A DNA stretch of 63,973 nt, the filler included. It is 6 parts of 6 records of this genome, joined end to end, with 100 filler letters (N's around TTAATTAATTAA, not from the genome) between each part and the next. Parts side by side here need not be neighbours in the genome. Positions count along the whole stretch, not along the records: positions 1 to 24,129 come from SRR20825006_1749; 5 more parts are not named here. One strand, given 5' to 3'. Position 1 is the first letter of the stretch, and every line of letters begins with the position of its first letter. Shown one piece after another: positions 11,177 through 22,159 of this stretch. The position numbers and the translations under genes are program-made. Under the pieces are notes generated by a model. The model saw nothing but the letters and a program-made list of their open reading frames with translations. It searched no databases and had not been told where the DNA came from.

Positions 11177-11989
11177 CTACTTAAAAGTAGTAACTCCGAA
11201 TTTTTTTGCTTCAGCTTCTGCGCGCGGCGCGATTTGCGTAAGCGCTGCAATACGCGTATCTGGCGAAGGGTGTGTACTTAGAATTTCTGGAGTACCTGAA
11301 CTTCCTTGAGCCTTCATACGCTCCCAAAGTTTTGGTGCTTCATAAGGGTCATAACCGGCGATTGCGGCAATGATGGTTCCGATCTCGTCTGCTTCACTTT
11401 CGTGGCTACGGCTAAAAGGTAAGATCGCGCCTACCGTACTTGCAGTACCATAATATTGATTGAACAATTGCCCAGCACGAGAATCTCCAAGTGCTACACC
11501 ACCAACAGCGCCCACAATTGATTGTCCTTGTTGTGCGGTCATACGCTGCGCACCGTGATTAGCCAATGCGTGTGCCAACTCGTGACCAAGAATCATCGCT
11601 AAACCGGTTTCATCTTGAGCTACCGGTAAAATCCCGGTGTAAACCACAATCTTACCTCCCGGCATACAAAAAGCATTGATCGCTTCATCTTGAACTAAAT
11701 TATACTCCCATTTATATTCATCTAGATAATTGGGATAACCTAAAGCTGTCATATAACGCTCAGCAGCCTTTGCAATCTTGTTTCCTACGCGTTGCACCAT
11801 TTGTGCTTCGGCGGTACCTTTTACTACCGTATTTTGCGCAAGAAATTCATTGTACTGCTGAAATGCCATCGGAAAAATGGTCTCATTGCTGTACGCATTA
11901 AGTGTTTTCTTTCCGGTAAACGGACTCGTTTTACAACTTATAATCAGAAATATAGTCGCTAGTGCGACGAGTATTTTTTTTGTTTTCAT
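11177..11989 (-). CDS. M48 family zinc metallopeptidase lipoprotein
   Basis: Lipobox IISC, NAFCMPGG, HELAH (HExxH), FSRSHESEAD, STHP. Confidence 0.93.
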   Translation of the reverse strand: MKTKKILVALATIFLIISCKTSPFTGKKTLNAYSNETIFPMAFQQYNEFLAQNTVVKGTAEAQMVQRVGNKIAKAAERYMTALGYPNYLDEYKWEYNLVQDEAINAFCMPGGKIVVYTGILPVAQDETGLAMILGHELAHALANHGAQRMTAQQGQSIVGAVGGVALGDSRAGQLFNQYYGTASTVGAILPFSRSHESEADEIGTIIAAIAGYDPYEAPKLWERMKAQGSSGTPEILSTHPSPDTRIAALTQIAPRAEAEAKKFGVTTFK

Positions 11990-12080
11990 ATTAAACTATT
12001 AAAGGTTAGCGGGTTGAAATTACAAATTCTGCCAAACTCTATTTTAACAATTAGCTTAACTTTAGTACAAGTTGTGAAAA

Positions 12081-14474
12081 TTATCCTATCATATGAACCA
12101 CTGAAAATTCTTTAGGCAGTTTTAAGTATTTTTCCCTTTTATCCAGATTATTTAAGTCATAAGCCACATTATCAACCGTGATCTTTTTGATACTGAAAGG
12201 CAGCCCGATAAGATTGAGTTTAATATACTCATATTCGGTTTCAAAGGTTCCTGTTTTAAATTGTTGAATACTTAAGTCCTTTGCCTTTCCGGTTAGTTTG
12301 AAGTTTCTTAAACTGTACCGCCCTTTTTTATAATCATAGCCGTCTCGCGCATCTTCATAAACACGAGATTCTATGGTATCTTCAGCATAATACACATCGA
12401 GCTTAAGCTCTTCAATTTTCTTTTCACCTACGTATTGCTGAACCGGATAACGCGGAATGATCGCACCTTCTTTTACAAAAATCGGGATGGTGTCAAAATC
12501 TGCATCCACCCAAAGTTCGCGCCCACCTTCAACTACTTCATTATTCCAGAAATCATACCAGCGACCACGCGCCAGGTACATACGACGTCCTTTAGAATTA
12601 GGCTCTAAAATAGGACACACCAGAATATGGTTTCCGAAGATAAATTCATCGGTACGATAATGCGTATGCACATCCTCTTGATCGAAATACACTAAAGGTT
12701 TCAGCATAGGAACACCCTCGGTTGCATACTCATAAAACGCGGTGTACAAATAAGGAAGTAAGGTATAACGTAATTCAATGAATTTTCGGGTAACGTTGGT
12801 AACCTCATCGTCAAAAGACCAAGGCTCCTGATCCCCGTGATGTCCGCTAGAATGCACTCTACAAAACGGATGAAAAACCCCGAGTTGAATCCAGCGCACA
12901 AAGAGTTCGCCTGTAGGTTGTTCAGCAAATCCGCCAATGTCTGTTCCTGTAAAAGACATCCCAGAAAGACACATGCGCTGCACTTGATTATTAGCAATCC
13001 ATAAGTGTTCCCAAGTCGCGACGTTATCGCCGGTCCAGGACGAAGTATAACGTTGCGCACCACTGTAGGCAGAACGGGTGATGACCAATGGACGTTTAGG
13101 GTACACGTAGCGTTTTACACCTTCATAGGTTGCACGTGCCATTTGAGTACCATAGATATTGTGAGCCTTTCGGTGGCTGCAAGGATGCCCGTCATAATCG
13201 TGACGTACATCATCAGGAAAGGTTTTTCCGGGGACTTCCATCACGGCGGGCTCGTTCATATCATTCCAAACCCCGCGCACACCAATGTCGTGCACCAGTT
13301 CTTTGAATAAATCTGCCCACCACTCCCGTACTTCCGGGTTGGTAAAATCAGGAAATGCACATTCTCCCGGCCATACCTTACCTACCATATCAGGACCATC
13401 GGCACGCTTACAGAAATAATCATTTTCTAAGGCTTCTTTATACACCCAGTATTCCGGATCGATCTTTATTCCCGGATCAATGATCACAATGGTTTTAAAC
13501 CCATCATCAAGAAGTTCTTTAACCATGCGTTTAGGGTCTGGAAAATATTCTTTATTCCATGTAAAGCATCGAAACCCATCCATATAATCAATGTCCAGGT
13601 AAATTCCGTCACACGGTATTTTTAGGTCTCTAAACTTTTTAGCGATTCCTTTGACTGTACTTTCCGGATAATAGCTCCATTTACACTGCTGAAAGCCTAA
13701 AGTCCATAGTGGCGGAAGCTCAGGTTTTCCGGTTAAATGCGTGTAATTTTCAACGACTTCGTTCATTCCAGGGCCATAAAGAAAATAGTAATTCATTTCC
13801 CCGCCCGGAGCCCAAAAACTGGTAACATCAAGGCGCTCGTGGCAAAAATCAAAACTTGATTTGAAGGTGTTGTCAAAGAAGATTCCATAGGCTTGTTTAT
13901 CTTTCAAACCAATGTAAAAAGGCACCGATTTATAAATAGGATCTGTATCTTTCCCAAAAGCATAGGAATCTGTTGCCCAATTAGAAACGCGTTTTCCGCG
14001 TAAATTGAGGTGCACCGGTTTATCGCCCATCCCGTAAAAAGCTTCCCCCGGATGCGAGCGCTTGCTCATTTTGACGATATTTCCGCCAAGGGTAAAACTT
14101 TCTTCATAATGAAAGCCTATTTCGTCTTCATTGATCAGGTTTCCTTCCCGGTCTAAGATCTTTGATTGCAAGCTGATCTTTTCGATCTTAATGATCAACT
14201 TAGAAGTGGTTACAATATAGAAATTCTTGTTTTCAGAAAGCTCTAAGTGGTTGTATCCTATGTGATTTTCGGAATCTATCGCATAGGAAAAATCATCCTC
14301 GAGAATCCCTCTCGTCCCATACCTAAACCGGATCACGCTATCACGCAATACGGTTAATTCTAAGATTACATTGTTTTGGGTGGTGAAGTATAATGTGTCG
14401 ACTTCTTGTCGAACGCTTTTGATCTCGTTTGGAAATTGATTCCCTTTTTGTTCTAACTCAGTATTAATAATCAT
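12081..14474 (-). CDS. Glycoside hydrolase family 31 alpha-glucosidase
   Basis: LDIDYMDG, WNDMNEP (nucleophile), WTGDN (acid/base), GTDIGGF. Confidence 0.95.
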   Translation of the reverse strand: MIINTELEQKGNQFPNEIKSVRQEVDTLYFTTQNNVILELTVLRDSVIRFRYGTRGILEDDFSYAIDSENHIGYNHLELSENKNFYIVTTSKLIIKIEKISLQSKILDREGNLINEDEIGFHYEESFTLGGNIVKMSKRSHPGEAFYGMGDKPVHLNLRGKRVSNWATDSYAFGKDTDPIYKSVPFYIGLKDKQAYGIFFDNTFKSSFDFCHERLDVTSFWAPGGEMNYYFLYGPGMNEVVENYTHLTGKPELPPLWTLGFQQCKWSYYPESTVKGIAKKFRDLKIPCDGIYLDIDYMDGFRCFTWNKEYFPDPKRMVKELLDDGFKTIVIIDPGIKIDPEYWVYKEALENDYFCKRADGPDMVGKVWPGECAFPDFTNPEVREWWADLFKELVHDIGVRGVWNDMNEPAVMEVPGKTFPDDVRHDYDGHPCSHRKAHNIYGTQMARATYEGVKRYVYPKRPLVITRSAYSGAQRYTSSWTGDNVATWEHLWIANNQVQRMCLSGMSFTGTDIGGFAEQPTGELFVRWIQLGVFHPFCRVHSSGHHGDQEPWSFDDEVTNVTRKFIELRYTLLPYLYTAFYEYATEGVPMLKPLVYFDQEDVHTHYRTDEFIFGNHILVCPILEPNSKGRRMYLARGRWYDFWNNEVVEGGRELWVDADFDTIPIFVKEGAIIPRYPVQQYVGEKKIEELKLDVYYAEDTIESRVYEDARDGYDYKKGRYSLRNFKLTGKAKDLSIQQFKTGTFETEYEYIKLNLIGLPFSIKKITVDNVAYDLNNLDKREKYLKLPKEFSVVHMIG

Positions 14475-14671
14475 AATAGCCTGTGTAAGGTGTTAGGATT
14501 ACTAAATTAAAGGTTTCCGAAGTTAATCTAGGGGTCAAAACTAAAAGATATCAACTACAACGTTAACACTGCGTGCTTTTTGTTGCTACTCGAAAACAGC
14601 ATACTTTTTCAAGCCGTGCCTAATGAAAATCTGTAAATACCTATACATTTAGCGAGATCGCAAAAAGTGCT

Positions 14672-16594
14672 CTATTTAAGACCGAAAACCATAACCGCAA
14701 GTGGTGCTAAGTCTAAAGTTATCGAGTGTTCGCGACCATTCCACGGAGTTGCTTCGACCTTGACTTTTTTGCTGATAAAATCACCGCTTCCGCCATATTT
14801 CTTTTCATTACTATTAAAGAGTTCTTTCACCTTGGCACCTGCCTTAGTAAACGCTTCCGGTACTCCTACTTTGTAGTTTTCGCGTGGCACCGGAGTAAAA
14901 TTACAAATCACCAAAACTGCGTTTTCGGCATCGTAACCCTTTCTAAGATAGCTCAAAACGCTATTTTCACCATCAGCCCATTCGATCCATTCAAAACCTT
15001 CAGGACGAAACTGTCGCTCATATAATGCCGGTTGCGACTTATAGAGTTTATTCAGGTCTTTTACACATTCTTGAATCCCTGTGTGAAAATCATATTGTAA
15101 TAAATGCCAGTCTAAACTTTCTTGAAAATTCCATTCAGCACTTTGACCGAATTCGCCTCCTTGAAAGATCAACTTGGTCCCAGGATGGGTGAACATATAC
15201 CCAAACATCAATCTTAGGTTGGCAAATCGTTCCCACTCCGGGCCAGGCATACGATCAAAAAGCGAGCGTTTTCCGTAAACCACCTCATCGTGCGAAAGCG
15301 GCAACATAAAGTTTTCTGAAAACGCATAGGTCATACTGAAGGTAATATCGTTTTGATGGTATTTACGATGTACCGGCTCCTTTTTAAAATACTCTAAGGT
15401 ATCGTGCATCCACCCCATCATCCATTTCATTCCAAACCCTAAACCGCCTAAGAATACCGGTTTAGAAACTCCGGTATAACTGGTAGATTCTTCAGCAATG
15501 GTTTGCACATCAGGATAATTTTTATAGACTATTTTATTCAGTTCTTCTAAAAACGAAATAGCGTCCAGATTTTCTCTACCTCCAAACTGGTTAGGCTCCC
15601 ACTCCCCGTCTTCTCTTGAATAATCAAGGTACAACATCGAAGCGACCGCATCTACCCGCAACCCGTCAATATGGTATTGATCTAGCCAGAATAAGGCGTT
15701 GCTAATTAGAAAAGCACGCACTTCATTACGGCCATAATTGAAGATGAGCGATTTCCAATCGGGATGCCACCCTTTACGCGGATCTGGATGCTCATATAAA
15801 TGAGACCCGTCAAAATTACCCAAACCGTGAGCGTCTTCAGGAAAATGTGAGGGTACCCAATCGAGGATAACACCTATGCCGGCTTGATGCAGTTTATCTA
15901 CCAGCAGCATAAATTCTTCGGGATATCCAAAGCGTGAAGTTGGTGCAAAATACCCGGTCAATTGATATCCCCAACTCGGGTCGTAAGGATATTCCATAAT
16001 GGGCATAAATTCCACGTGGGTAAATTCCATTTTTTTTACATAGGCTACGAGTTCGTCTGCGAGTTCTGTGTAGCTCAAGCTTCGGTTTTCCTCGCCTGTT
16101 TTTCTCCAGGAACCTAAATGCACCTCGTATACTGAAAAAGGGGTGTCAAGCGCATTGTATTTCGCCCGGCTAGACATCCATTTCTTGTCTTTCCATTTAT
16201 AATCTGCGGCATACACCACTGAAGCTGTCTTAGGCGGATGCTCAGCGCGACGTGCAAACGGATCGGCTTTTTCAGTCTTGACATCATTGTGATTAGACTG
16301 AATTTTATATTTATAAATAGCGCCCGGCATAACTCCCGGTATAAAACCTTCCCAGATTCCGCTGCCATCCCAACGTACATTTAATTTATGATCACCCTCT
16401 AACCAATAATTAAAATCACCCACCACAGAAACTGATTTTGCACTGGGCGCCCAAACAGCAAAGTATGTACCCTTCTCTCCTTCTAAAGTCATTGGGTGTG
16501 AACCTAACTTTTCATACAGTCGAAAGTGCTTTCCGGCTTTAAAAAGATCAATGTCAAATTCTGAAAATAAGCTGTGAACGTATACGCTACTCAT
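14672..16594 (-). CDS. glgB: 1,4-alpha-glucan branching enzyme
   Basis: SWGYQ, DWVPSHFP, GLRVDAVASM, IAEEST, LSHDEVV. Confidence 0.97.
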   Translation of the reverse strand: MSSVYVHSLFSEFDIDLFKAGKHFRLYEKLGSHPMTLEGEKGTYFAVWAPSAKSVSVVGDFNYWLEGDHKLNVRWDGSGIWEGFIPGVMPGAIYKYKIQSNHNDVKTEKADPFARRAEHPPKTASVVYAADYKWKDKKWMSSRAKYNALDTPFSVYEVHLGSWRKTGEENRSLSYTELADELVAYVKKMEFTHVEFMPIMEYPYDPSWGYQLTGYFAPTSRFGYPEEFMLLVDKLHQAGIGVILDWVPSHFPEDAHGLGNFDGSHLYEHPDPRKGWHPDWKSLIFNYGRNEVRAFLISNALFWLDQYHIDGLRVDAVASMLYLDYSREDGEWEPNQFGGRENLDAISFLEELNKIVYKNYPDVQTIAEESTSYTGVSKPVFLGGLGFGMKWMMGWMHDTLEYFKKEPVHRKYHQNDITFSMTYAFSENFMLPLSHDEVVYGKRSLFDRMPGPEWERFANLRLMFGYMFTHPGTKLIFQGGEFGQSAEWNFQESLDWHLLQYDFHTGIQECVKDLNKLYKSQPALYERQFRPEGFEWIEWADGENSVLSYLRKGYDAENAVLVICNFTPVPRENYKVGVPEAFTKAGAKVKELFNSNEKKYGGSGDFISKKVKVEATPWNGREHSITLDLAPLAVMVFGLK

Positions 16595-18224
16595 AATGTT
16601 GTTGGTTAAGGATGTTAGAGATGCCTTTTAATGGAATGATCGCCCATCGCGGACGCGCATTGAGTTCGTAACCCAACTCATAAACGGCTTTCTCCAGTAA
16701 GCAATATTGTAATAAAAATTCGATTTCTTTGATGTAGCCAATATTTAAATTGGCGGTTTGTACTTCGTTAATATAGGTTTTTAAAAACACACCAATGATG
16801 TGGCTGTAGAGCACATCTGCAACCTCAAAAAGCTCTTCAAGTTCAAAATCATAAGACTCGTGATTGTTAAAAACCGTTGCGTAAATCGCGTAATTAAATG
16901 ATCTAAAAATCCCGGCGATATCTTTAATTGGTGGTTGTTTGACTTTTCGGTCTCTGATGGTACTTTCCGGTTCTCCTTCAAAATCTATGATAAAGAAATC
17001 CCGGTCTTGCACCAGAACTTGACCTAAATGATAATCGCCGTGAATACGCAAACGCTCACTCTTGAGCATCGTTTCGTCAAAATCAAGAAATTGTTTACGT
17101 ATGATCTTTTTCTTACTCAATAACTCGTTTGCCAATTCAAGCTGAAGGCCGTCAAGCTTGTGTAAATTATTTTCGACCAAGTTGATTCTATTTTCAAATT
17201 GATAGATCAATCTGTTTTTTAACCATACCGAATAATCATTACTGAAAGCCTGCGGCGTAAACGCTGTATTGATGCGCTCTTGTCCTAATGCAATATGCAT
17301 TTGTGCGGTACGCAGCGCTAGCTGTGAAACATCTTCAAAAAACTCGATAGGACACCACGCCAAGATCGAAGCAGGCACATCGGTTATGGAGATTTGCTCC
17401 AAGTATTTAGTAGCTCTTAGTGTTTCTAATTTAGGTTGCTGACGCGAAAGTTCTTCAAACGTCAATTTTAGGTTATGCACAAAATATTCCCAGGCATCGC
17501 CTTGATTGGGTACTAATTCTTGCATCAGCCCTAAAGTGATCACATTTTTATCGCTAAACTTTAAAGTGATGCTTCCTAAATATTTTGGTGTATTGTTAAA
17601 AAGTGCTTTTGCCGTAAGATATTTACTGATCTCGTAATCGGGATTTTCATCTACATAAACCCTTCTGAAAATCTTTAGAATGTATTTATCGTTATAAATG
17701 ATAGACGTGTTGCTCTGTTCTACGCCCATCAGTCGGCTGCTTTTGTAGCCTTGAGATTGATTAGAGCGACCTCGACGATAGGCCACTTCTTTATAGCGGT
17801 ATTTTTCTCCCTCTAAAATTTTCTCAAAAATTTGCTTTCTGAAAGATTCCAAAAGCAAAGCATCTACAAGAAACCCTGAGGTTCCGTTGAGTTTTAAATG
17901 TGCAATAAATTTATCGCCAACCACTTCCTGATCAGTCACAAAAGCGATGGGCAAGAAATAATTGTGCACAAAAGCTTCCCTAAAATTCACTTCAAGTACG
18001 ATCCCATAAAAAGTATCTACCTCATCTTCTATCGGAAAGCTATCTATGACCTCAATATACTTTAATGCGCTGGCTTTACCACCGTACCAGCGTTGATTGA
18101 GAATATACGGTTCAAGAATATCCTCGCAAAGTTCTTTCTTAAAGCGATCTGATTCTAGCAACTCCTTCCAACCGGTATCATATTTAAAAACGATGCGTCC
18201 GTCAATTTCCTGCTCCTGATTCAT
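16587..18224 (-). CDS. Maltokinase (Pep2/Mak-like, TreS C-terminal-like)
   Basis: QRWYGGK N-cap, EQSNTS, RIHGDYHLGQVL, IDFEGEP. Lies between glgE and glgB. Confidence 0.88.
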   Translation of the reverse strand: MNQEQEIDGRIVFKYDTGWKELLESDRFKKELCEDILEPYILNQRWYGGKASALKYIEVIDSFPIEDEVDTFYGIVLEVNFREAFVHNYFLPIAFVTDQEVVGDKFIAHLKLNGTSGFLVDALLLESFRKQIFEKILEGEKYRYKEVAYRRGRSNQSQGYKSSRLMGVEQSNTSIIYNDKYILKIFRRVYVDENPDYEISKYLTAKALFNNTPKYLGSITLKFSDKNVITLGLMQELVPNQGDAWEYFVHNLKLTFEELSRQQPKLETLRATKYLEQISITDVPASILAWCPIEFFEDVSQLALRTAQMHIALGQERINTAFTPQAFSNDYSVWLKNRLIYQFENRINLVENNLHKLDGLQLELANELLSKKKIIRKQFLDFDETMLKSERLRIHGDYHLGQVLVQDRDFFIIDFEGEPESTIRDRKVKQPPIKDIAGIFRSFNYAIYATVFNNHESYDFELEELFEVADVLYSHIIGVFLKTYINEVQTANLNIGYIKEIEFLLQYCLLEKAVYELGYELNARPRWAIIPLKGISNILNQQHYE

Positions 18225-18259
18225 GGTTCGTTGTTTTTGAAGTTTAAGGTGGATTCTTG

Positions 18260-20194
18260 CTATTTATAGATCTGAAAAATATGCACCGGAAGTGCGGGAT
18301 GTAATTCTATGTAGTTCCATTCTTGATTCCAAGTATAGGTGCTGTCTGTGATGAGATCTTTTACGACAACTTGAGAACCCGGTGCGAGGTTCATTTTCTC
18401 ATAAGGGAGTCTCAAGTGCCCCGATTGTTTATAATAAGGGTCCAGACTTACCACGATAAGCAATTCGTTATTGCGATCCTGATCCCATTTATAGTAAGCC
18501 ATCAGTGCATCGTGGTGTAGCTCGCAAAACTCAATATTATTAGTCTGTTGCAAGGCAGGCTGCTGTTTGCGAATCATATTCATCTTGGTGATGAGGCGAC
18601 TCAACTTGTTCTCGTGCTTCCAATCCCAATGGCTGATTTGATATTTTTCAGAATTGAAATACTCCTCCTTACCCGGGACGGCATCGCTCACCATAAATTC
18701 ATAAACAGGCCCGTATAAACCAATGTTTGAACTCAAAGTTGCCGCAAGAGCATAGCGAATGATATGTTGTGCTTCATTTGCGCCTTGCAGATGGTACGGA
18801 TTAATATCTGGTGTATTCGGCCAAAAATTAGGTCTAAAATATTCGCGCATTTTAGTCTGAGTTAGCTCGGTCATATATTCAACCAACTCGTGCTTACTGG
18901 TGCGCCACGTAAAATAGGTGTAGGATTGAGAATATCCCTGTTTGGCTAACTGTTGCATCACTTTAGGTCGCGAAAAAGCTTCGGCTAAAAACAACACATC
19001 GGGATGTTTTTTCTTGATTTCGGAGATAAACCAATTCCAGAAATAATAGGGTTTGGTATGCGGATTGTCAACTCGAAAAACTTTTACTCCAAAATCAACC
19101 CATTGAAAGGCAATACTGAGTAATTCTTCCCAAAGTTTTTTATAATCTTCAGATTCCCAATAAAAATTGACAATATCCTGATATTTCTTCGGTGGATTTT
19201 CAGCATATTGCATCGTGCCATCCGGTCGTTTTCTAAACCACTCCGGATGCTCCTTTAAGTACGGATGGTCAGGAGCTGCTTGAAATGCTAGATCCATCGC
19301 AACTTCGATCCCCAGACTTTCGGCGTGTTTGATCAGGTTTCTAAAATCTTCTTCAGTGCCTAATTCCGGGTGAATACTTTTATGTCCGCCAAAACGCGAA
19401 CCAATTCCCCAAGGTACTCCGCTATCACCCTCTTCCGCATTGGTTGCATTATTCTTTCCTTTTCGGTTTACTTCCCCAATAGGATGAATGGGCGGAAAAT
19501 ACAACGTATCAAATCCCATCGAAGCTACACGTGGCAACAAACGTTCACAATCTTTAAACGTACCGTGTTGCCCGGGCTGCTCGCTAGCCGATCTTGGAAA
19601 AAACTCATACCATGTACTAAAACGTGCCTTCTCACGATCTACATAAACTTGTAGTGTTTTGCTCTCGTGTGCAAATTTCCGTTCCGGATGATCTTTAAAT
19701 ATGCGGTACAAATCGTGAGAAACAGCATACGCACAAGCCTCATCATAGCGCTTTTCATCCTGAAACAATTCCTTTAACGTATTAACGTATTGCTTGCCAT
19801 CATTGTCAAGCTTTTTTTCAACCGCCTCAAGATATTGCACCCCGTCAAGCAATTCACTCTTTATATATTGGCCGTCTTTTAATTTTGCTTCGGTACCGTG
19901 CTGCCAGTTTAATGCGTGATCAACCCACCCGCGCACTTTATACTCATAAAAGCCCTGCTGATCTACTCTAAATGTTGCCGCAAAATGATCATTGCCTAAA
20001 GGTTCTAGCCGAACGGTTTTCCACATCTTGTCGTGCTCGCTTTTGTAGCATACTTCGGCATCGATCACGTCGTGACCGTCTCCTAAAACATCTGCCGTAA
20101 CAGTAACGAGTTCGCCAACAACTCTTTTGATAAAAAAATCCCCACCTTGAAGCTGGGGCTCTACATTCTCTATAACAATACGTTCTCTAGTCAA
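18260..20194 (-). CDS. glgE: Alpha-1,4-glucan:maltose-1-phosphate maltosyltransferase
   Basis: WYEFFPRS, PPIHPIG, YAENPPKKYQDI, FRVDNPHTKP, FLAEAF, NTPDI. Confidence 0.95.
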   Translation of the reverse strand: MTRERIVIENVEPQLQGGDFFIKRVVGELVTVTADVLGDGHDVIDAEVCYKSEHDKMWKTVRLEPLGNDHFAATFRVDQQGFYEYKVRGWVDHALNWQHGTEAKLKDGQYIKSELLDGVQYLEAVEKKLDNDGKQYVNTLKELFQDEKRYDEACAYAVSHDLYRIFKDHPERKFAHESKTLQVYVDREKARFSTWYEFFPRSASEQPGQHGTFKDCERLLPRVASMGFDTLYFPPIHPIGEVNRKGKNNATNAEEGDSGVPWGIGSRFGGHKSIHPELGTEEDFRNLIKHAESLGIEVAMDLAFQAAPDHPYLKEHPEWFRKRPDGTMQYAENPPKKYQDIVNFYWESEDYKKLWEELLSIAFQWVDFGVKVFRVDNPHTKPYYFWNWFISEIKKKHPDVLFLAEAFSRPKVMQQLAKQGYSQSYTYFTWRTSKHELVEYMTELTQTKMREYFRPNFWPNTPDINPYHLQGANEAQHIIRYALAATLSSNIGLYGPVYEFMVSDAVPGKEEYFNSEKYQISHWDWKHENKLSRLITKMNMIRKQQPALQQTNNIEFCELHHDALMAYYKWDQDRNNELLIVVSLDPYYKQSGHLRLPYEKMNLAPGSQVVVKDLITDSTYTWNQEWNYIELHPALPVHIFQIYK

Positions 20195-20483
20195 GGGTGT
20201 TAGTTTTTATTGGCTCCGCCAAAGGGTTTAATACTCCGTCCTGAAAGCTTTCGGGATGCCTGAAAATTCAAAATTCGTTTCCGAGCAATGTCTCACAGAC
20301 TTGCCCTAAGGTAGTTTAAGTTCAAATGATTACCCTTAAAAATAATAATAATTAATTACAAGCCTAGCCGAAATAAGAATTTGACAAAGGCTTAACAGAA
20401 ATGTCACACGTTAGTCTTTTGTTAAAACCACGACTATTATAAACCATTGCTTAGCGCATTGCGTAATTTTAGAAAAAAGAACT

Positions 20484-20957
20484 ATGAAAAAACTATTGCT
20501 ACTTGGGCTACTCGTAAGCCTGTATGCCTGTAAAGGCACTGCTCAAAACGAGAAAAAAGAACAATTTCCGGTTTCTAAAACCGAAGCAGAATGGAAAGCC
20601 GAACTGACCGATGCAGAATTTCAGGTCTTGCGTAAAGAAGGGACTGAGCGCGCGTTTACCAGTGACCTTCTGAACGTTAAAGAAGAAGGAACTTACGTAT
20701 GTGCTGCGTGTCAAAACCCGGTTTTTAAAAGCAAAACAAAATTTGATAGCGGTACCGGCTGGCCCTCTTTTTACGATTATATAGAAGGAAATGTTGCTTT
20801 TTCTTCAGATAACAAATTAGGCTACACCCGTACTGAGGAGCACTGTGCCAATTGTGGCGGGCACTTAGGTCACGTATTTAATGATGGACCAAAGCCTACC
20901 GGTAAACGCCACTGCATTAATGGAGTCGCTTTAAATTTTGTGCCTACTAAAGGTTAA
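20484..20957 (+). CDS. msrB: Peptide-methionine (R)-S-oxide reductase, lipoprotein
   Basis: Lipobox LYAC, two CxxC, GTGWPSF, HLGHVF, RHCIN. Confidence 0.95.
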   Translation: MKKLLLLGLLVSLYACKGTAQNEKKEQFPVSKTEAEWKAELTDAEFQVLRKEGTERAFTSDLLNVKEEGTYVCAACQNPVFKSKTKFDSGTGWPSFYDYIEGNVAFSSDNKLGYTRTEEHCANCGGHLGHVFNDGPKPTGKRHCINGVALNFVPTKG

Positions 20958-21043
20958 CCCGAAAACCATAAGGTTTCAATCGAAGCCTATGCTGAATTGC
21001 TAACATAAGGTTTCCGTCGTAGCCTATATTTAATTTTTAAGAT

Positions 21044-21068
21044 GAGATTTCCGCTTTCGCGGAAATGA
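21044..21068. repeat. REP-like short palindrome
   Basis: GAGATTTCCGC-tttc-GCGGAAATGA intergenic hairpin. Confidence 0.5.
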
Positions 21069-21079
21069 TAAAAAATATT

Positions 21080-21478
21080 ATGAAAGAATACCCAATACAA
21101 AAAACCGAAGCGCAATGGAAAGAAGAACTCGGTCCTGAGCGTTACCATATTTTACGCGGTAAGGGCACTGAGCGCCCGCATACCGGTAAATACAATTTGC
21201 ATTTTGAAAAAGATGGCACTTATCACTGTGGCGCTTGTGATGCAAAACTTTTTGAAGCCAATAGTAAATTTGAGAGTGGTTGTGGCTGGCCCAGTTTTGA
21301 TGAATCTATACCCGGAGCTGTAGAATATATACGCGATACTACTTTTGGAATGATTCGCACCGAAATTCTCTGCGCTAATTGCGGCAGCCACTTAGGTCAC
21401 GTTTTTGATGATGGGCCTACGGAGACCGGTCATCGCTATTGTGTTAACTCAGCCTCAATAGATTACGACAAAAACTAA
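21080..21478 (+). CDS. msrB: Peptide-methionine (R)-S-oxide reductase, cytoplasmic
   Basis: Two CxxC, GCGWPSF, HLGHVF, RYCVN; no signal peptide. Confidence 0.95.
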   Translation: MKEYPIQKTEAQWKEELGPERYHILRGKGTERPHTGKYNLHFEKDGTYHCGACDAKLFEANSKFESGCGWPSFDESIPGAVEYIRDTTFGMIRTEILCANCGSHLGHVFDDGPTETGHRYCVNSASIDYDKN

Positions 21479-21610
21479 AACTATATGCCAAGAGGCATCA
21501 AGATTTCATTGGCGTTAATGTTTTATTAAAACTAAAGCTTTAGCATAGTTTTAAAAGTTTCGGAATGACTCTTGATTTACTTTTAGCAATAAACATAAAG
21601 ACAAAAGACG

Positions 21611-22141
21611 ATGAAAAAATTATTTACAATACTTAGTATCGTAGCCTTAGGATTTACAGCTTGTGAAGGAGACCCAGGACCACAAGGCCCACCGGGATTA
21701 GATGGGCTCGATGCTGAATACTCTAAAGTTGTAGAAGTGGAAACCACCTTATCTTACAATTCTGATTCTGGAATTTGGGAATCTCCTATCATCGAATTCC
21801 CAAGCAATGTTGAAGTTTTAGATGGTGATGCTGTTATTGCTTATAGATTGGAATATATTGATAACGGACTAGATGTATGGACTCAGCTTCCTCATAACTT
21901 TTTCTTTTCAGAAGGTACGATGCAATATGTTTTTACACATACAATAGGCGATGTTCAATTCTTGATTGATGGAAATTATGACTTATCTAACATCTCTACC
22001 GATTACACAGATAATCAAATATTTAGATATGTTTTGATTCCTACCGAATTTGCTGAGCAATTCAATGGTGACTTCTCTAACTATAATGAAGTTATGAGTG
22101 CTTTAGAATTAAACGAAACTGATGTTCAAACGCTTCAATAA
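21611..22141 (+). CDS. Acidic lipoprotein with short collagen-like repeat
   Basis: Lipobox FTAC followed by GDPGPQGPPGLDGLD (Gly-X-Y). Confidence 0.75.
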   Translation: MKKLFTILSIVALGFTACEGDPGPQGPPGLDGLDAEYSKVVEVETTLSYNSDSGIWESPIIEFPSNVEVLDGDAVIAYRLEYIDNGLDVWTQLPHNFFFSEGTMQYVFTHTIGDVQFLIDGNYDLSNISTDYTDNQIFRYVLIPTEFAEQFNGDFSNYNEVMSALELNETDVQTLQ

Positions 22142-22159
22142 GCACTTAGCATTAAATTT

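Noticed and set aside
20238-20257. GTCCTGAAAGCTTTCGGGAT palindrome upstream of glgE as an operator
   Set aside because: Single occurrence that looks like a small dispersed palindrome; a regulatory role cannot be supported.
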